A stretch of DNA of 45,518 nucleotides from an uncultured Aquisediminimonas sp. (GTDB taxonomy: Bacteria; Pseudomonadota; Alphaproteobacteria; Sphingomonadales; Sphingomonadaceae). Made by a program: the position numbers and the translations under genes. The DNA lies in the NCBI GenBank assembly GCA_965365485.1, contig CBDUBW010000001.1:1-45518 (forward strand), read 5' to 3'. Under the pieces are notes generated by a model that saw nothing but the letters and a program-made list of their open reading frames with translations, ran no database searches and was not told the origin of the DNA. Positions 29,699 through 39,268 of this stretch are shown in pieces (the first letter of the stretch is position 1; each line of letters opens with the position of its first letter).

Positions 29699-30508
29699 AT
29701 GAAAGTTCCGATTTACGAGCGCGCGCTGGCTAATCTCGAAGCCGAGGGATTGCTGAGCAAGGACGACCGGGTGTTCGTGGCTTGCGGTGGGGATTCGGAC
29801 GCCAGGGCGCTGCATCGATGCGGAATGCGAAACGTCTTGATCAGCAATGTGGATGACCGGCGAAGCGAAGGAATTGGCGATTACGAGTGGATGCACTGCG
29901 ATGCGGAAGATCTTCCGTTGGACGACGACAGTTTCGATTGGGGGACCGTCCATGCCGGCCTCCATCATTGCTCGTCACCGCATCGGGGCTTGCTTGAGCT
30001 GCTGAGGATAGCGCGCAAGGGGATAGTCGCGGTCGAAGCGCGCGATTCGCTGATTATGAACATCGCGGTCAAACTGGGTTTCACGACAAATTATGAGATC
30101 GAGGCCGTCGCCTTGGACGGCGGCACGGGCGGCGGGTTCCGCAATGGGCCCGTTCCAAACTTCATCTATCGCTGGACCGAAAGCGAAGTGCGAAAAACGG
30201 TGGAATCGGCCTATCCTGACCGGATAACCGAGTTTCGCTTTTTCTATGACATCACGCTGCCGGTAGAACGCCTGACGATGCTAAGCGCGCCGAAACGTGC
30301 GCTCATCACGGCGGCGGGATGGGGCGCCAAGTTGGCCTTCAAGATGTTTCCTAAGCAAGGCAATCAATTCGCCTTCGCGATCATCAAGACAGGGCTCGAC
30401 AAGCCATGGATCGCTCGCGATCAGACTGGCGCCCATCTCGATCCGCATTTCGATACCGGTTTCGAACCCAGCAAATACGTCAAGGAAGTTGTTGAAGAGC
30501 TGACCTGA
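29699..30508 (+). CDS. Methyltransferase-domain protein (type 11-like, divergent motif I)
   Basis: VFVACGG, DAEDLPLDDDSFD, GLHHCSSP and ELLRIAR. Confidence 0.8.
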   Translation: MKVPIYERALANLEAEGLLSKDDRVFVACGGDSDARALHRCGMRNVLISNVDDRRSEGIGDYEWMHCDAEDLPLDDDSFDWGTVHAGLHHCSSPHRGLLELLRIARKGIVAVEARDSLIMNIAVKLGFTTNYEIEAVALDGGTGGGFRNGPVPNFIYRWTESEVRKTVESAYPDRITEFRFFYDITLPVERLTMLSAPKRALITAAGWGAKLAFKMFPKQGNQFAFAIIKTGLDKPWIARDQTGAHLDPHFDTGFEPSKYVKEVVEELT

Positions 30509-30605
30509 GATCGCTCCGCTTGACGTACTTGGCCAGCCTCACACGTGCCTTCCCTGTTGGTGACATGCGGACGGGCGACGGTTTACGACCGCCCTTTAGA
30601 TAGCT

Positions 30606-31346
30606 ATGGCCCCGCCGCTTATTGTTTGCAGGATATTGGATTTGCATCGCCTCCTATTCATCGCACTGATGCTGGTCTCGCTTGCCGCCTGTTCGCGATC
30701 TCCGGCCCTCGTCGGCAGGCCGGACCTGGCTACGACAAGATTTACCGAACTTCCGCCGCCGACGGCTCCTGATCTAAGCACGATTGCCGGCGTGCAGCTG
30801 ATCGGTCCGTACGACAAGATCGAAATCGATGTTTTTGGCATCGAGGATTTGCGCCGCGAGGTTCAGGCGGACGGCAGCGGCCGGGTGTCGTTCCCGCTGG
30901 CGGGAACGGTCGATGCCGCAGGTTTGTCTTCGACCCAGCTGGCCGAGGTCATTCGCGATCGCCTGCGCAAATACGTGCGCGATCCTCAAGTAACGGTCAA
31001 TCTGAAGGAAACGGTCAGCCAGGTTGTGACAGTGGATGGACAGGTTAGGGAGCCCGGCCTTTACCCGGTGCTCGGACACATGACTCTGATGCGCGCCGTC
31101 GCGGTCGCGAAGGGCACCACCGACTTCGCGCAGACCGAGGAAGTGGTCGTGTTTCGCAAAGTGGGGGCGCAATCGATGGCCGGACTCTACGACCTTGCGG
31201 CGATCCGCCGCGGCGCTTATGCCGACCCCCAGATTTATGCCAACGACGTGATCGTGGTCGGCGATTCACCATCGCGACGGCTCGTTCGCAACCTGCTTCA
31301 GGTCGCGCCCGTTCTGACGGCGCCCCTGATCGCGGTTTTACAATAG
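30606..31346 (+). CDS. wza: Polysaccharide export lipoprotein (Wza/OPX family)
   Basis: Lipobox LAAC, PES motif IGPYDKIEIDVFG...DGSGRVSFPLAG, and SLBB region VDGQVREPGLY. Start may be TTG at 30636. Confidence 0.92.
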   Translation: MAPPLIVCRILDLHRLLFIALMLVSLAACSRSPALVGRPDLATTRFTELPPPTAPDLSTIAGVQLIGPYDKIEIDVFGIEDLRREVQADGSGRVSFPLAGTVDAAGLSSTQLAEVIRDRLRKYVRDPQVTVNLKETVSQVVTVDGQVREPGLYPVLGHMTLMRAVAVAKGTTDFAQTEEVVVFRKVGAQSMAGLYDLAAIRRGAYADPQIYANDVIVVGDSPSRRLVRNLLQVAPVLTAPLIAVLQ

Positions 31347-31367
31347 ATGTCAAAAGTACCGGAATGA

Positions 31368-33593
31368 ATGGCTGTCATGAGTAACGTTGAGTCTCGCCGT
31401 TTCCAGACGGTTCCGGCCGAAGGCGTTCTCGCGCCGGGCCTCCAGCTTCAGGATGGCGGTAGCGAGCCGTTGATTTCCCAGTATCTACGGATATTCCTGC
31501 GCTGGCGTTGGCTGATACTGGGATCGATCGTAGTAGCCGTAGCGATCAGCATCATCGCGACGCTGCTGATGACTCGCATGTATACGGCGAGCGTCACGCT
31601 CGAGATCGCGCGAGAAGACGCCCAGATCGTGGACATTAAATCGGTCGAACCTCAGGCGGGGACGCTGGACCAGGAATTTTATCAGACACAATATGGTTTG
31701 CTGAAATCGAGAACCCTCGGCGAGCGCGTGGCCAGGAAGCTCGAGCTAGACAAGGATTCGAAGTTTCTGACGCTTTACGATGTCGATGATAGTCCAGGAT
31801 TGTTTGCGAACAGCCGCGCGGAAACATCGCCTGCTGCGCGAGCGAAGCGGTTTTCGAAGGTCGTCGACGTGCTTCTCGCCAACGTCTCAATCTCGCCCGT
31901 CCGGGCTTCGCGTCTGGTGACGGTGAGCTACGCGAGCCCCGATCCCGAACTCTCGGCGCGCATCGCGAACGTCTGGACACAAGATTTCATCAGCTCCAAC
32001 ATCGAGCGCAAATTCGAAGCCACGGCCTATGCCCGGAGATTCCTCGAAAGCAGGCTCGGCCAAGTGCGCGAGCGGCTCGACGAGTCCGAGCGCAAGCTCG
32101 TTTCCTACGCAGCCGCCAATCGTATCATCACGCTCGGATCGGCGACGAGCGAGGGCGGCGGCACCAATCGCGAACGTTCCATCGCGACGGACAATCTGAT
32201 ATTCCTCAACGAGGCATTCGCCAATGCGCGCGCGGACCGGATCGCGGTAGAAAACCGGTTGCGCAACACGGGCCGGAACGGCGCATCACCCGAGAGCCTC
32301 ACCAACCCGGCCATCTCGTCGATCCGGCAACAGCGCGCCGAAGTCTCTGCCAACTACGCCAAGCTGCTCGCGCAGTTCGAACCCAGCTATCCACCCGCAC
32401 AGGCACTTTCAGCGCAGCTTCGTGAGCTCGACGCCAGCATCAGGCGCGAAGAAGGGCGGGTGCGCGATTCGCTGTCCAATCAATATAAGGCCGCTTTGGG
32501 CAGGGAGCAGGAGCTTTCGGCGCGGGTCAAGGATCTCGAGAGCGGGGTCGTCGACCAGAGGCGGCGCGGCATCCAGTATAATATCTTTCAGCGCGACGTC
32601 GACACCAACCGTCAACTCTATGACGGCCTGCTCCAGCGCTACAAGGAAATCGGCGTCGCCGGCGGCATCGGCACTAACAATGTTTCGATAGTCGATACTG
32701 CGCTGCCGCCGGAGAAGCCTTCGCATCCGCGACCAATCATCAATCTTCTGCTCGGCATATTGGCGGGCCTTGTCGCAGGTGTGGGCTTGGCATTCGCGCT
32801 CGAGCAAATCGACGAAGCGATTACCGATCCGAGCGACCTCGAGAAGGCATTGCGCATTCCGGCGCTCGGGACGATACCGAAGCTGACCGAACAAGGCCCG
32901 ATCGAAGCCTTGCAGGACCGGAAGACATCGCTCTCCGAAGCCTATCTGTCGGTGGAGACCTCGCTCAAATTCTCAACCCCCGAAGGGCTACCGAAATCGC
33001 TGGTCGTCACCAGCACCCGGCCCGGTGAAGGAAAGTCGACGAGCAGCTTTGCCATTGCCCTGTCGATGGCCCGGCTCGGCCACAAGACGCTGCTGATCGA
33101 CGCCGATATGCGTTCGCCTTCGCTGCATACGTTTCTGGAGATACCCAATTCGGCAGGCCTCAGTGATATATTGAGCGGAAACGGCTCGCTCGACGATCTC
33201 ATCAAGTCTGGCTCGCAATCCGGCCTGAGCTACTTGCTCGCCGGCACGCAGCCGCCCAACGCGGCGGAGTTATTGTCCGGCGCGCATCTCGACGAAGTGA
33301 TTGCAGCCGCGCTTAAAAGGTTTGACAATATTGTCTTCGACGCCCCCCCCGTCATGGGTTTGGCGGATGCACCACTGATCGCAAGCAAGGCCGACGGTAC
33401 GGTCTTCGTCGTCGAATCGCACGGCGCTCGATCGCGGCAGGTTCAGGTCGCGCTCGGCCGGCTGCAGAACGCGCGCGCGACTATTCTCGGCGGCATTTTG
33501 ACTAAGTTCGAAAGCAAGCGTGCGCAGTTCGGCTACGGCTATGATTACGGTTATGGCTATGGCGAGCGATCAAAGGAGAACGCGGCAGGGTGA
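31368..33593 (+). CDS. wzc: Polysaccharide co-polymerase/BY tyrosine kinase (Wzc/GumC)
   Basis: Two TM helices around a coiled-coil, Walker A PGEGKST, LIDADMR, FDAPP and a C-terminal Tyr cluster GYGYDYGYGYG. Confidence 0.95.
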   Translation: MAVMSNVESRRFQTVPAEGVLAPGLQLQDGGSEPLISQYLRIFLRWRWLILGSIVVAVAISIIATLLMTRMYTASVTLEIAREDAQIVDIKSVEPQAGTLDQEFYQTQYGLLKSRTLGERVARKLELDKDSKFLTLYDVDDSPGLFANSRAETSPAARAKRFSKVVDVLLANVSISPVRASRLVTVSYASPDPELSARIANVWTQDFISSNIERKFEATAYARRFLESRLGQVRERLDESERKLVSYAAANRIITLGSATSEGGGTNRERSIATDNLIFLNEAFANARADRIAVENRLRNTGRNGASPESLTNPAISSIRQQRAEVSANYAKLLAQFEPSYPPAQALSAQLRELDASIRREEGRVRDSLSNQYKAALGREQELSARVKDLESGVVDQRRRGIQYNIFQRDVDTNRQLYDGLLQRYKEIGVAGGIGTNNVSIVDTALPPEKPSHPRPIINLLLGILAGLVAGVGLAFALEQIDEAITDPSDLEKALRIPALGTIPKLTEQGPIEALQDRKTSLSEAYLSVETSLKFSTPEGLPKSLVVTSTRPGEGKSTSSFAIALSMARLGHKTLLIDADMRSPSLHTFLEIPNSAGLSDILSGNGSLDDLIKSGSQSGLSYLLAGTQPPNAAELLSGAHLDEVIAAALKRFDNIVFDAPPVMGLADAPLIASKADGTVFVVESHGARSRQVQVALGRLQNARATILGGILTKFESKRAQFGYGYDYGYGYGERSKENAAG

Positions 33594-34339
33594 GCCAGAT
33601 GTGGCGTGTCTTGGCGGTTGTCGTTCCGGCGTTCGCGCTGCTCTGGCTTACGGTATCGCTGACCGTCGCAAGTAGCGTCCGCCGGAGCAGACCGGATATC
33701 GCGATCCGGTTCGCCCCTTATGACAGCGCAGCGCTCGCAATTCTGGCGCACAACCTCCAGACCGAAAATCCAGACGTGCGCGGAATGATCGAGGCCGAGG
33801 GGCCCGCGCGCGCTGCGCTCAAGCGCGACCTTACCTATGCGGTCGCCGTGAGGGCGCTTGGCTTCGCCCAGGAAAGCCGGGGGCAAGCGAGGCAAGCGGC
33901 CAAGCTGATCCGCTACGCGAACCGTTTATCGAAGCGCGACCTGCTGACTGAGCTCTGGCTTATTGAATACAATGTCGACCGCGGCGACGTCCCGGCGGTA
34001 CTGCGGCACTTCGACGCCGCGATCAGCACCTCGCCCGATGCAATGCGTACGCTGTTCCCGGTGCTAATCAATGCGCTGGGCGACCCGGATCTCGTGCAGC
34101 CGTTGGCCGACATGCTGAAACGGCGACCGTGGTGGGTCGCGAGCTTTCTCAACCAAACCGCGCTTGAGGCGAAATCGACCGCCAACGCGGACGCCCTGTT
34201 CGTAACGCTGGCGAAAGCGGGTCAGCCCGTCCGTCGCGATATTGTCGATGCACTCGCCGTTCGCATCCGCGCCGAGGGCAGGGCTGCCGATGCGGAACGT
34301 CTTGTGCGCGAAGCCAGCGGTCCGGCTTCAATCGATTGA
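33590..34339 (+). CDS. Hypothetical membrane-anchored helical (TPR-like) protein
   Basis: GTG start overlaps the wzc stop; N-terminal TM followed by Ala-rich helical repeats. Confidence 0.7.
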   Translation: MSQMWRVLAVVVPAFALLWLTVSLTVASSVRRSRPDIAIRFAPYDSAALAILAHNLQTENPDVRGMIEAEGPARAALKRDLTYAVAVRALGFAQESRGQARQAAKLIRYANRLSKRDLLTELWLIEYNVDRGDVPAVLRHFDAAISTSPDAMRTLFPVLINALGDPDLVQPLADMLKRRPWWVASFLNQTALEAKSTANADALFVTLAKAGQPVRRDIVDALAVRIRAEGRAADAERLVREASGPASID

Positions 34340-35107
34340 GCTCCAGAGTTTATCTGATCTGGTACGACGAAACTGCGCCAGCTTGAAGAGAAAGCGGAGC
34401 GACACGGCAAGTTCGGGCCAGGGCTGCCTCAGCGACCGCAGCGACCTTGCCATTTCCCGGCCGATCGTCTGCTTTGCTTTCAAACCCGCCGTCGATACCC
34501 CGCCGGTTCGGAAACGCGTGGTGACCACAGGCAAGCTGGTCCAACTTGCACCAGCCGCAAGGATAGCCCGCGCGATCAGATCGAAGTCTCCGGCTATGCG
34601 AAACGTCGTGTCAAACCCGCCGAGACGCAGAAGCAACTTCCTGCGCACGAACATTGACGGATGTGGTGGCATGATTCCCAGGCGCAGCCACCAAGGTCGA
34701 AAACGCCGAGCAGAATAGAGCCTGGTCCAGTAACGTGCACCGGAACCGTGAGTGAACAGCGTGTCGGCGAAAACGCAATCGGCTCCGGTGCGTGCCGCCG
34801 CGCCCGCAACGAGGCTGAGCGCGTTCTTACTCGCCAGGAAGTCGTCTGAATTGACGAAGCCGACATATTCTCCGGATGCGTGTTTCAAGCCCTTGTTCAT
34901 CGCGTCATAGATGCCCTTATCCGGCTCGCTGAAAATGCGCAGACGCGGATGACCATTGCGCTCGACGACATCGAGCGTGCCATCGGCTGACCCCCCGTCG
35001 ATGATGATATGCTCGAAGTCCGGAAAATCCTGCGCCGCGACCGATCGCAGCGCGTCTGCGATAAACGCTTCTGAATTAAAGGAAATTGTAATGATCGAGA
35101 ATTTCAC
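34328..35107 (-). CDS. Glycosyltransferase family 2 (WcaE-like)
   Basis: FSIITISFN, IIIDGGSADGT, SEPDKGIYDAMNKG, NSDD and PPHP. Confidence 0.93.
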   Translation of the reverse strand: MKFSIITISFNSEAFIADALRSVAAQDFPDFEHIIIDGGSADGTLDVVERNGHPRLRIFSEPDKGIYDAMNKGLKHASGEYVGFVNSDDFLASKNALSLVAGAAARTGADCVFADTLFTHGSGARYWTRLYSARRFRPWWLRLGIMPPHPSMFVRRKLLLRLGGFDTTFRIAGDFDLIARAILAAGASWTSLPVVTTRFRTGGVSTAGLKAKQTIGREMARSLRSLRQPWPELAVSLRFLFKLAQFRRTRSDKLWSSID

Positions 35108-36324
35108 GAAAGTTTCCGCTCACCGAGCAAAGATGCGTAGAGCTCAATCATCGCGCTCGCTTCGGTTTCGAGGCTAAAGCGCGTCTCCACCGTTCGGCGC
35201 GCCCTGTGTCCAATGCCGCCATCTAGAGAGCACTGCGTCACAGCCTCAACCATCGTTGCTAGCAGCGCCTCGTAGCTTACCTCGGGAGCCAGCCAGCCGC
35301 TGACCCCGGGCTCGATCATGTCCGGCATCCCTCCAATTTTGAAAGCGACAACAGGGGTCGCACAGGCCATGGCTTCGAGCACGGTCAAAGACAGATTTTC
35401 CATGCGAGACGGCACCACCGCGACATCCGCGGCGCGGTAGACCATCGCCATTCTCTCCCGTGAAGCGATCGGCCCGGCTGAAATCAATCTCACGCCGTCA
35501 ATCTGCTCCGGCTCTCGCCCGCCGCCGAAAAACAGGAACTGCACATTGTGCTCGCTGAAAAATGGCGCACCGGCGCGGAGTGCGCCGAGTAACAGGTCCG
35601 CCCCCTTTCTGGGATCAGTCGTCCCGCCGATAGCGCCGAAGGCGACGATCTTCGCGCTGGGATCGAGCCCGAACATCGCCCGCGCCGCCTGCTTGTCCGC
35701 CGGATGAAAGAGCCGGGTGTCGACGCCGTTCGGGATAACAACGCAGGGCAGTCTTTTCAGCAGCGGGCTCGAGGCCGAGACCGAACCGAGCCAATGCGAG
35801 GGCGGACAGAGCGTCAAATTCGAAAGGCCCGCATAGGCGTGGTGCTTGCGCTTCAACGTCCAGTCGTCAAGCAGCGCCGCAATTCCTACGAGCCGATCAT
35901 TGTTCTCTGCATAATGCCGCGTCCCGAGTGCAGGCCACATATCGTGCATGCGCCAGACGACGGGGCGATTGATTTTCGGCAAGGCCTTGAGGGGAATGAA
36001 GCCATCGATGCTGTGCAAAACGATCACGTCGGGATCGTGGCGACTGATGATGTCCGCAACGTCGAGGCCGCCGAGCCCGATCGATCGGACGTCCGACGAG
36101 GGGACGCCCAAAATACGAAAGGGCAGTCTTTCGACAGCAAAGGACATTGCTACACGAAGCTGGCGGAGCCTGTTCGGACCATCGACAAAATCCGACTTAC
36201 TCAACTTCCGGCCGACGGCGAGACGCGCATCAATTCCTGCCGCCCTCTGCGACACGACTGAATTGAACGCGGCGATCGCGGCGCCGCCCCGCAAATCATA
36301 TTTGGAAAGATGGAGAACCCGCAT
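35104..36324 (-). CDS. Glycosyltransferase family 4 (WcaC-like)
   Basis: GGAAIAA, VWRMHDMW, PSHWL, IPNGVD, RKG and ENLSLTVLEAMACATPVV. Confidence 0.92.
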   Translation of the reverse strand: MRVLHLSKYDLRGGAAIAAFNSVVSQRAAGIDARLAVGRKLSKSDFVDGPNRLRQLRVAMSFAVERLPFRILGVPSSDVRSIGLGGLDVADIISRHDPDVIVLHSIDGFIPLKALPKINRPVVWRMHDMWPALGTRHYAENNDRLVGIAALLDDWTLKRKHHAYAGLSNLTLCPPSHWLGSVSASSPLLKRLPCVVIPNGVDTRLFHPADKQAARAMFGLDPSAKIVAFGAIGGTTDPRKGADLLLGALRAGAPFFSEHNVQFLFFGGGREPEQIDGVRLISAGPIASRERMAMVYRAADVAVVPSRMENLSLTVLEAMACATPVVAFKIGGMPDMIEPGVSGWLAPEVSYEALLATMVEAVTQCSLDGGIGHRARRTVETRFSLETEASAMIELYASLLGERKLS

Positions 36325-36344
36325 CGAAATGGCGCGTCAAAACT

Positions 36345-37100
36345 TCAGGCCAAGGCACGCGGGCTACACAGCGCCGCCGCGTGATATACGAAAACACGCT
36401 CGGCAGCCGAGGGTGCAAGCCGAAGTGCCGAGGATCGAAGCGCTTTCCGCGTCCAACCCGACAGGCGCGACCGGTTAAAGCCGATCACGTCTACGCGATG
36501 ATCGAAGACCTTGAGAGTCTCGATGTCGAGCTGCTCTGCGAGGAGAGCTCGAAAGGTCGCCGAATTGTAGAAGTTTATATGACCGATATCGTTATGGACG
36601 GCGTACGACACCTTTAACGTGTCTTCGAGCGGAACCTCGACAAGAACGTGCCGCCCAACCCGGGCCAGCTCCTTCAAGAAGAGCCGCTCATGCTCGACAT
36701 GCTCAAGGACATGCGTGGCGTAAACAAGATCGATCGATCGATCGGGAAACGGCAGGCTATAGCCGTCGAACATGTCGATCGAAACCAGCCGCTCGATGTC
36801 ACGCTTCTTCGCTGCGGCGGTGCCGCTGCTCGAAATCTCGACACCATGCAGATTCGTGCCGAAACCACGACGGGAAAGTTCGGCGAGCACCGCGCCATCG
36901 CCGCACCCCACTTCAAGCACATCAGTCGGCGCGAGTTCCCCGCAGAGTTCGATTATGTGATCGACCTTGTCGCGCGCACCGATCGCGCGCCACCGCCACG
37001 TTTCGGCATCGCCGTAATATCCGTCGTAGAGATCGGCCAGATCGCCATCGACGCGTAGCGCCGGAGAAGCGGCACCCCCCGGCTGAAAAGATTCTTTCAT
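36345..37100 (-). CDS. Class I SAM-dependent methyltransferase
   Basis: VLEVGCGDG, GVEIS, LPFPDRSIDL and HVLEHVE. Confidence 0.9.
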   Translation of the reverse strand: MKESFQPGGAASPALRVDGDLADLYDGYYGDAETWRWRAIGARDKVDHIIELCGELAPTDVLEVGCGDGAVLAELSRRGFGTNLHGVEISSSGTAAAKKRDIERLVSIDMFDGYSLPFPDRSIDLVYATHVLEHVEHERLFLKELARVGRHVLVEVPLEDTLKVSYAVHNDIGHINFYNSATFRALLAEQLDIETLKVFDHRVDVIGFNRSRLSGWTRKALRSSALRLAPSAAERVFVYHAAALCSPRALA

Positions 37101-37198
37101 CGAAGCAGCGGCTCCAAAGTGATTGCAAAGCAAGCCAAAGTTTGCCTACGGACTGCGGCGGCCGACTTCGGCCGCTTTTTTCAGGACCTGCAAATTTC

Positions 37199-37909
37199 AT
37201 GCTTTCCCAGGTCAGGCGCTTGTTTCGCCTAATGCGCCACAGGCGACTTCACAAGCCTGACCTCAAGGTGAGCCATGTCGTCATCGGCACCGACTATGGC
37301 GGTTGGCCAATCATTCCAGCGATCTTGCCGAAGCGGCCGCTCATCTATTCGGTAGGAGTTGGCGAAGACATTAGTTTCGATCTCGGCATGATCGAACAGT
37401 TCGACGCCGTGGTCCATGCTTTCGATCCCACCCCCCGATCGCTTGAGTGGATCGGTGAGCAGTCGCTTCCGGCGGCTTTCAACTATCACCCGATCGGCCT
37501 GGGCGGCGAAAACGCACGCGTACCGTTTTTTCCCCCAGCCAACGATGCCCATGTATCCTTTTCCAATGCCCCCGGGGACGCGCAGAATTGCGAACCCTTC
37601 ATGGCCGAGGTCTGCACGCTTGAAGCAATCATGCAACGGCTGGGTCACGAGAGGATCGACGTTCTCAAGATGGATATCGAGGGCTTCGAATATCAGGTCA
37701 TTGAGACTTTCCAGCGGGGCGCCTATTTGCCGGAATTCATTCTCGTCGAATTCCATCACGGCATGTATCAGGCGACCGACGCGGACACGAATACCGCGGA
37801 CGAGCATCTTCGCAAACTTGGATACGATCTCTTCTATGTTTCTCCCGCTGGTCGGGAATATGGCTACGTCAAGCACGGCATCGCCGCACAAAATGGCAAG
37901 ACCTGCTGA
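37199..37909 (+). CDS. FkbM-family methyltransferase
   Basis: YSVGVGEDISFD, AFDPTPRS, IDVLKMDIEGFEY and LVEFHH. Confidence 0.88.
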   Translation: MLSQVRRLFRLMRHRRLHKPDLKVSHVVIGTDYGGWPIIPAILPKRPLIYSVGVGEDISFDLGMIEQFDAVVHAFDPTPRSLEWIGEQSLPAAFNYHPIGLGGENARVPFFPPANDAHVSFSNAPGDAQNCEPFMAEVCTLEAIMQRLGHERIDVLKMDIEGFEYQVIETFQRGAYLPEFILVEFHHGMYQATDADTNTADEHLRKLGYDLFYVSPAGREYGYVKHGIAAQNGKTC

Positions 37910-39156
37910 TGCGGCCCACAGACGCCACTGCGCGGCGCCCCCGTATCGTTATCCTATATGAAGTCTTTGCGCCCAACATGGGCTATGCCCCGACCTGCAT
38001 TTCGAAAGAATTGAACAAGCAGGGTTGGGACGTTCATTACGTTACGGCGGAACTTCCCCCAAATCATTATATCTCTGGTTTCGATGCGACTTACGGCAAG
38101 TTTCTCCACAGCAATCACGATCTCCCGCGGGTGCGTGTGGTTGACGGGGTAACCGTTCACCGGCTGGACTATCGCAGGACCTATGGGGGCATTTTTATGA
38201 AGGGTGTCGCTGAAAAGCTGGTCGAACTGGAACCCGACGTTGTGCAAACATTCGCTCACGTATCCTGGGCAGCGCTCCAAGCGGCGCATCTGCAACGTGC
38301 TGGGCAATTTGCGCTGTTTACCGCCAACCACACTACTGCCAGCGTTTTTCCGTTGGCCAATCGTGCAGCAAGCTTCTGGGACAGCGAGCGTATCAAGGAA
38401 TTTCTTCGGCGCGATCTGCCGGGGCGGTTCATCAGCAGCCGCATGTCCGCCTGCTTCGGGGCGACCTCGGACTGCTCCGACGTCGCCAACCGCTTCTTCG
38501 GCGTGCCGTCGGCAAAGCTGAGGACGCTCCCGCTAGGCGTCGATACGAGCATTTTCCATCCGATCGGTAGCAAGCGGGAACGGGATGAATGCGACACGTT
38601 CCGCAAGGATTTGGGCGTCGCAGCGGACGAGATCCTGTGCGTTTACACAGGTCGTTTTTCGCACGACAAGAATCCGGCTTTGCTCGCCCGTGCCGTCGCC
38701 CGGCTGCGCGCCCGAGGAGAGCGCTTCACGGCCGTTTTCTATGGGGACGGCGTTCAAAAGCAGGAGATCGCAGCTTCGCCAGGAGCGATCATTCGCCCAT
38801 TCGTTCCCTATACCGAGTTGGGCGCGCTCTTCCGCGCGGCCGATATAGGGGTGTGGCCTACCCAGGAATCGACCTCGATGCTCGATGCCGCAGCTTGCGG
38901 CGTCCCTATCATCGTGAACGACACGCTAGCCGCGACCGAGCGGGTGGAAGGCAACGGCATTCAGTACCGGCTAAACGACGAGGATGACCTTATCCGAGCG
39001 CTGCTTGAACTGTCTGACCCTGCGAGGCGGGCGGAACTCGGCGCGGCGGGCGCGGCCAAGATCGCGCAACGGTTCAGCTGGAGCGCTCTGGTCAGGCAGC
39101 GGATTGATGTCTATCGGCAGGCGATTGCGATTAACGCTCCAGCCAAGGCACGTTGA
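37909..39156 (+). CDS. Glycosyltransferase family 4
   Basis: PLGVD, YTGRFSHDKN, ADIGVWP..ESTSMLDAAACGVP and FSW. Confidence 0.9.
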   Translation: MRPTDATARRPRIVILYEVFAPNMGYAPTCISKELNKQGWDVHYVTAELPPNHYISGFDATYGKFLHSNHDLPRVRVVDGVTVHRLDYRRTYGGIFMKGVAEKLVELEPDVVQTFAHVSWAALQAAHLQRAGQFALFTANHTTASVFPLANRAASFWDSERIKEFLRRDLPGRFISSRMSACFGATSDCSDVANRFFGVPSAKLRTLPLGVDTSIFHPIGSKRERDECDTFRKDLGVAADEILCVYTGRFSHDKNPALLARAVARLRARGERFTAVFYGDGVQKQEIAASPGAIIRPFVPYTELGALFRAADIGVWPTQESTSMLDAAACGVPIIVNDTLAATERVEGNGIQYRLNDEDDLIRALLELSDPARRAELGAAGAAKIAQRFSWSALVRQRIDVYRQAIAINAPAKAR

Positions 39157-39217
39157 AAAAAGGCGCCAAGCCCGACTGTCCATTTATAGCGTGAATGAGA
39201 TCAAATCGCGTAGATCT

Positions 39218-39248
39218 AAAAAAAAGGGCGGCAAAAGCCGCCCTTTTT
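39218..39248. terminator. Bidirectional intrinsic terminator
   Basis: A8-GGGCGGC-AAAA-GCCGCCC-T5, between the convergent GT4 and small-protein genes. Confidence 0.9.
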
Positions 39249-39268
39249 CAATGCTTCGATTAGAAGAC

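Noticed and set aside
33528-33563. GGCTAC/GGCTAT tandem-like repeat
   Set aside because: It encodes the normal Wzc C-terminal tyrosine cluster.
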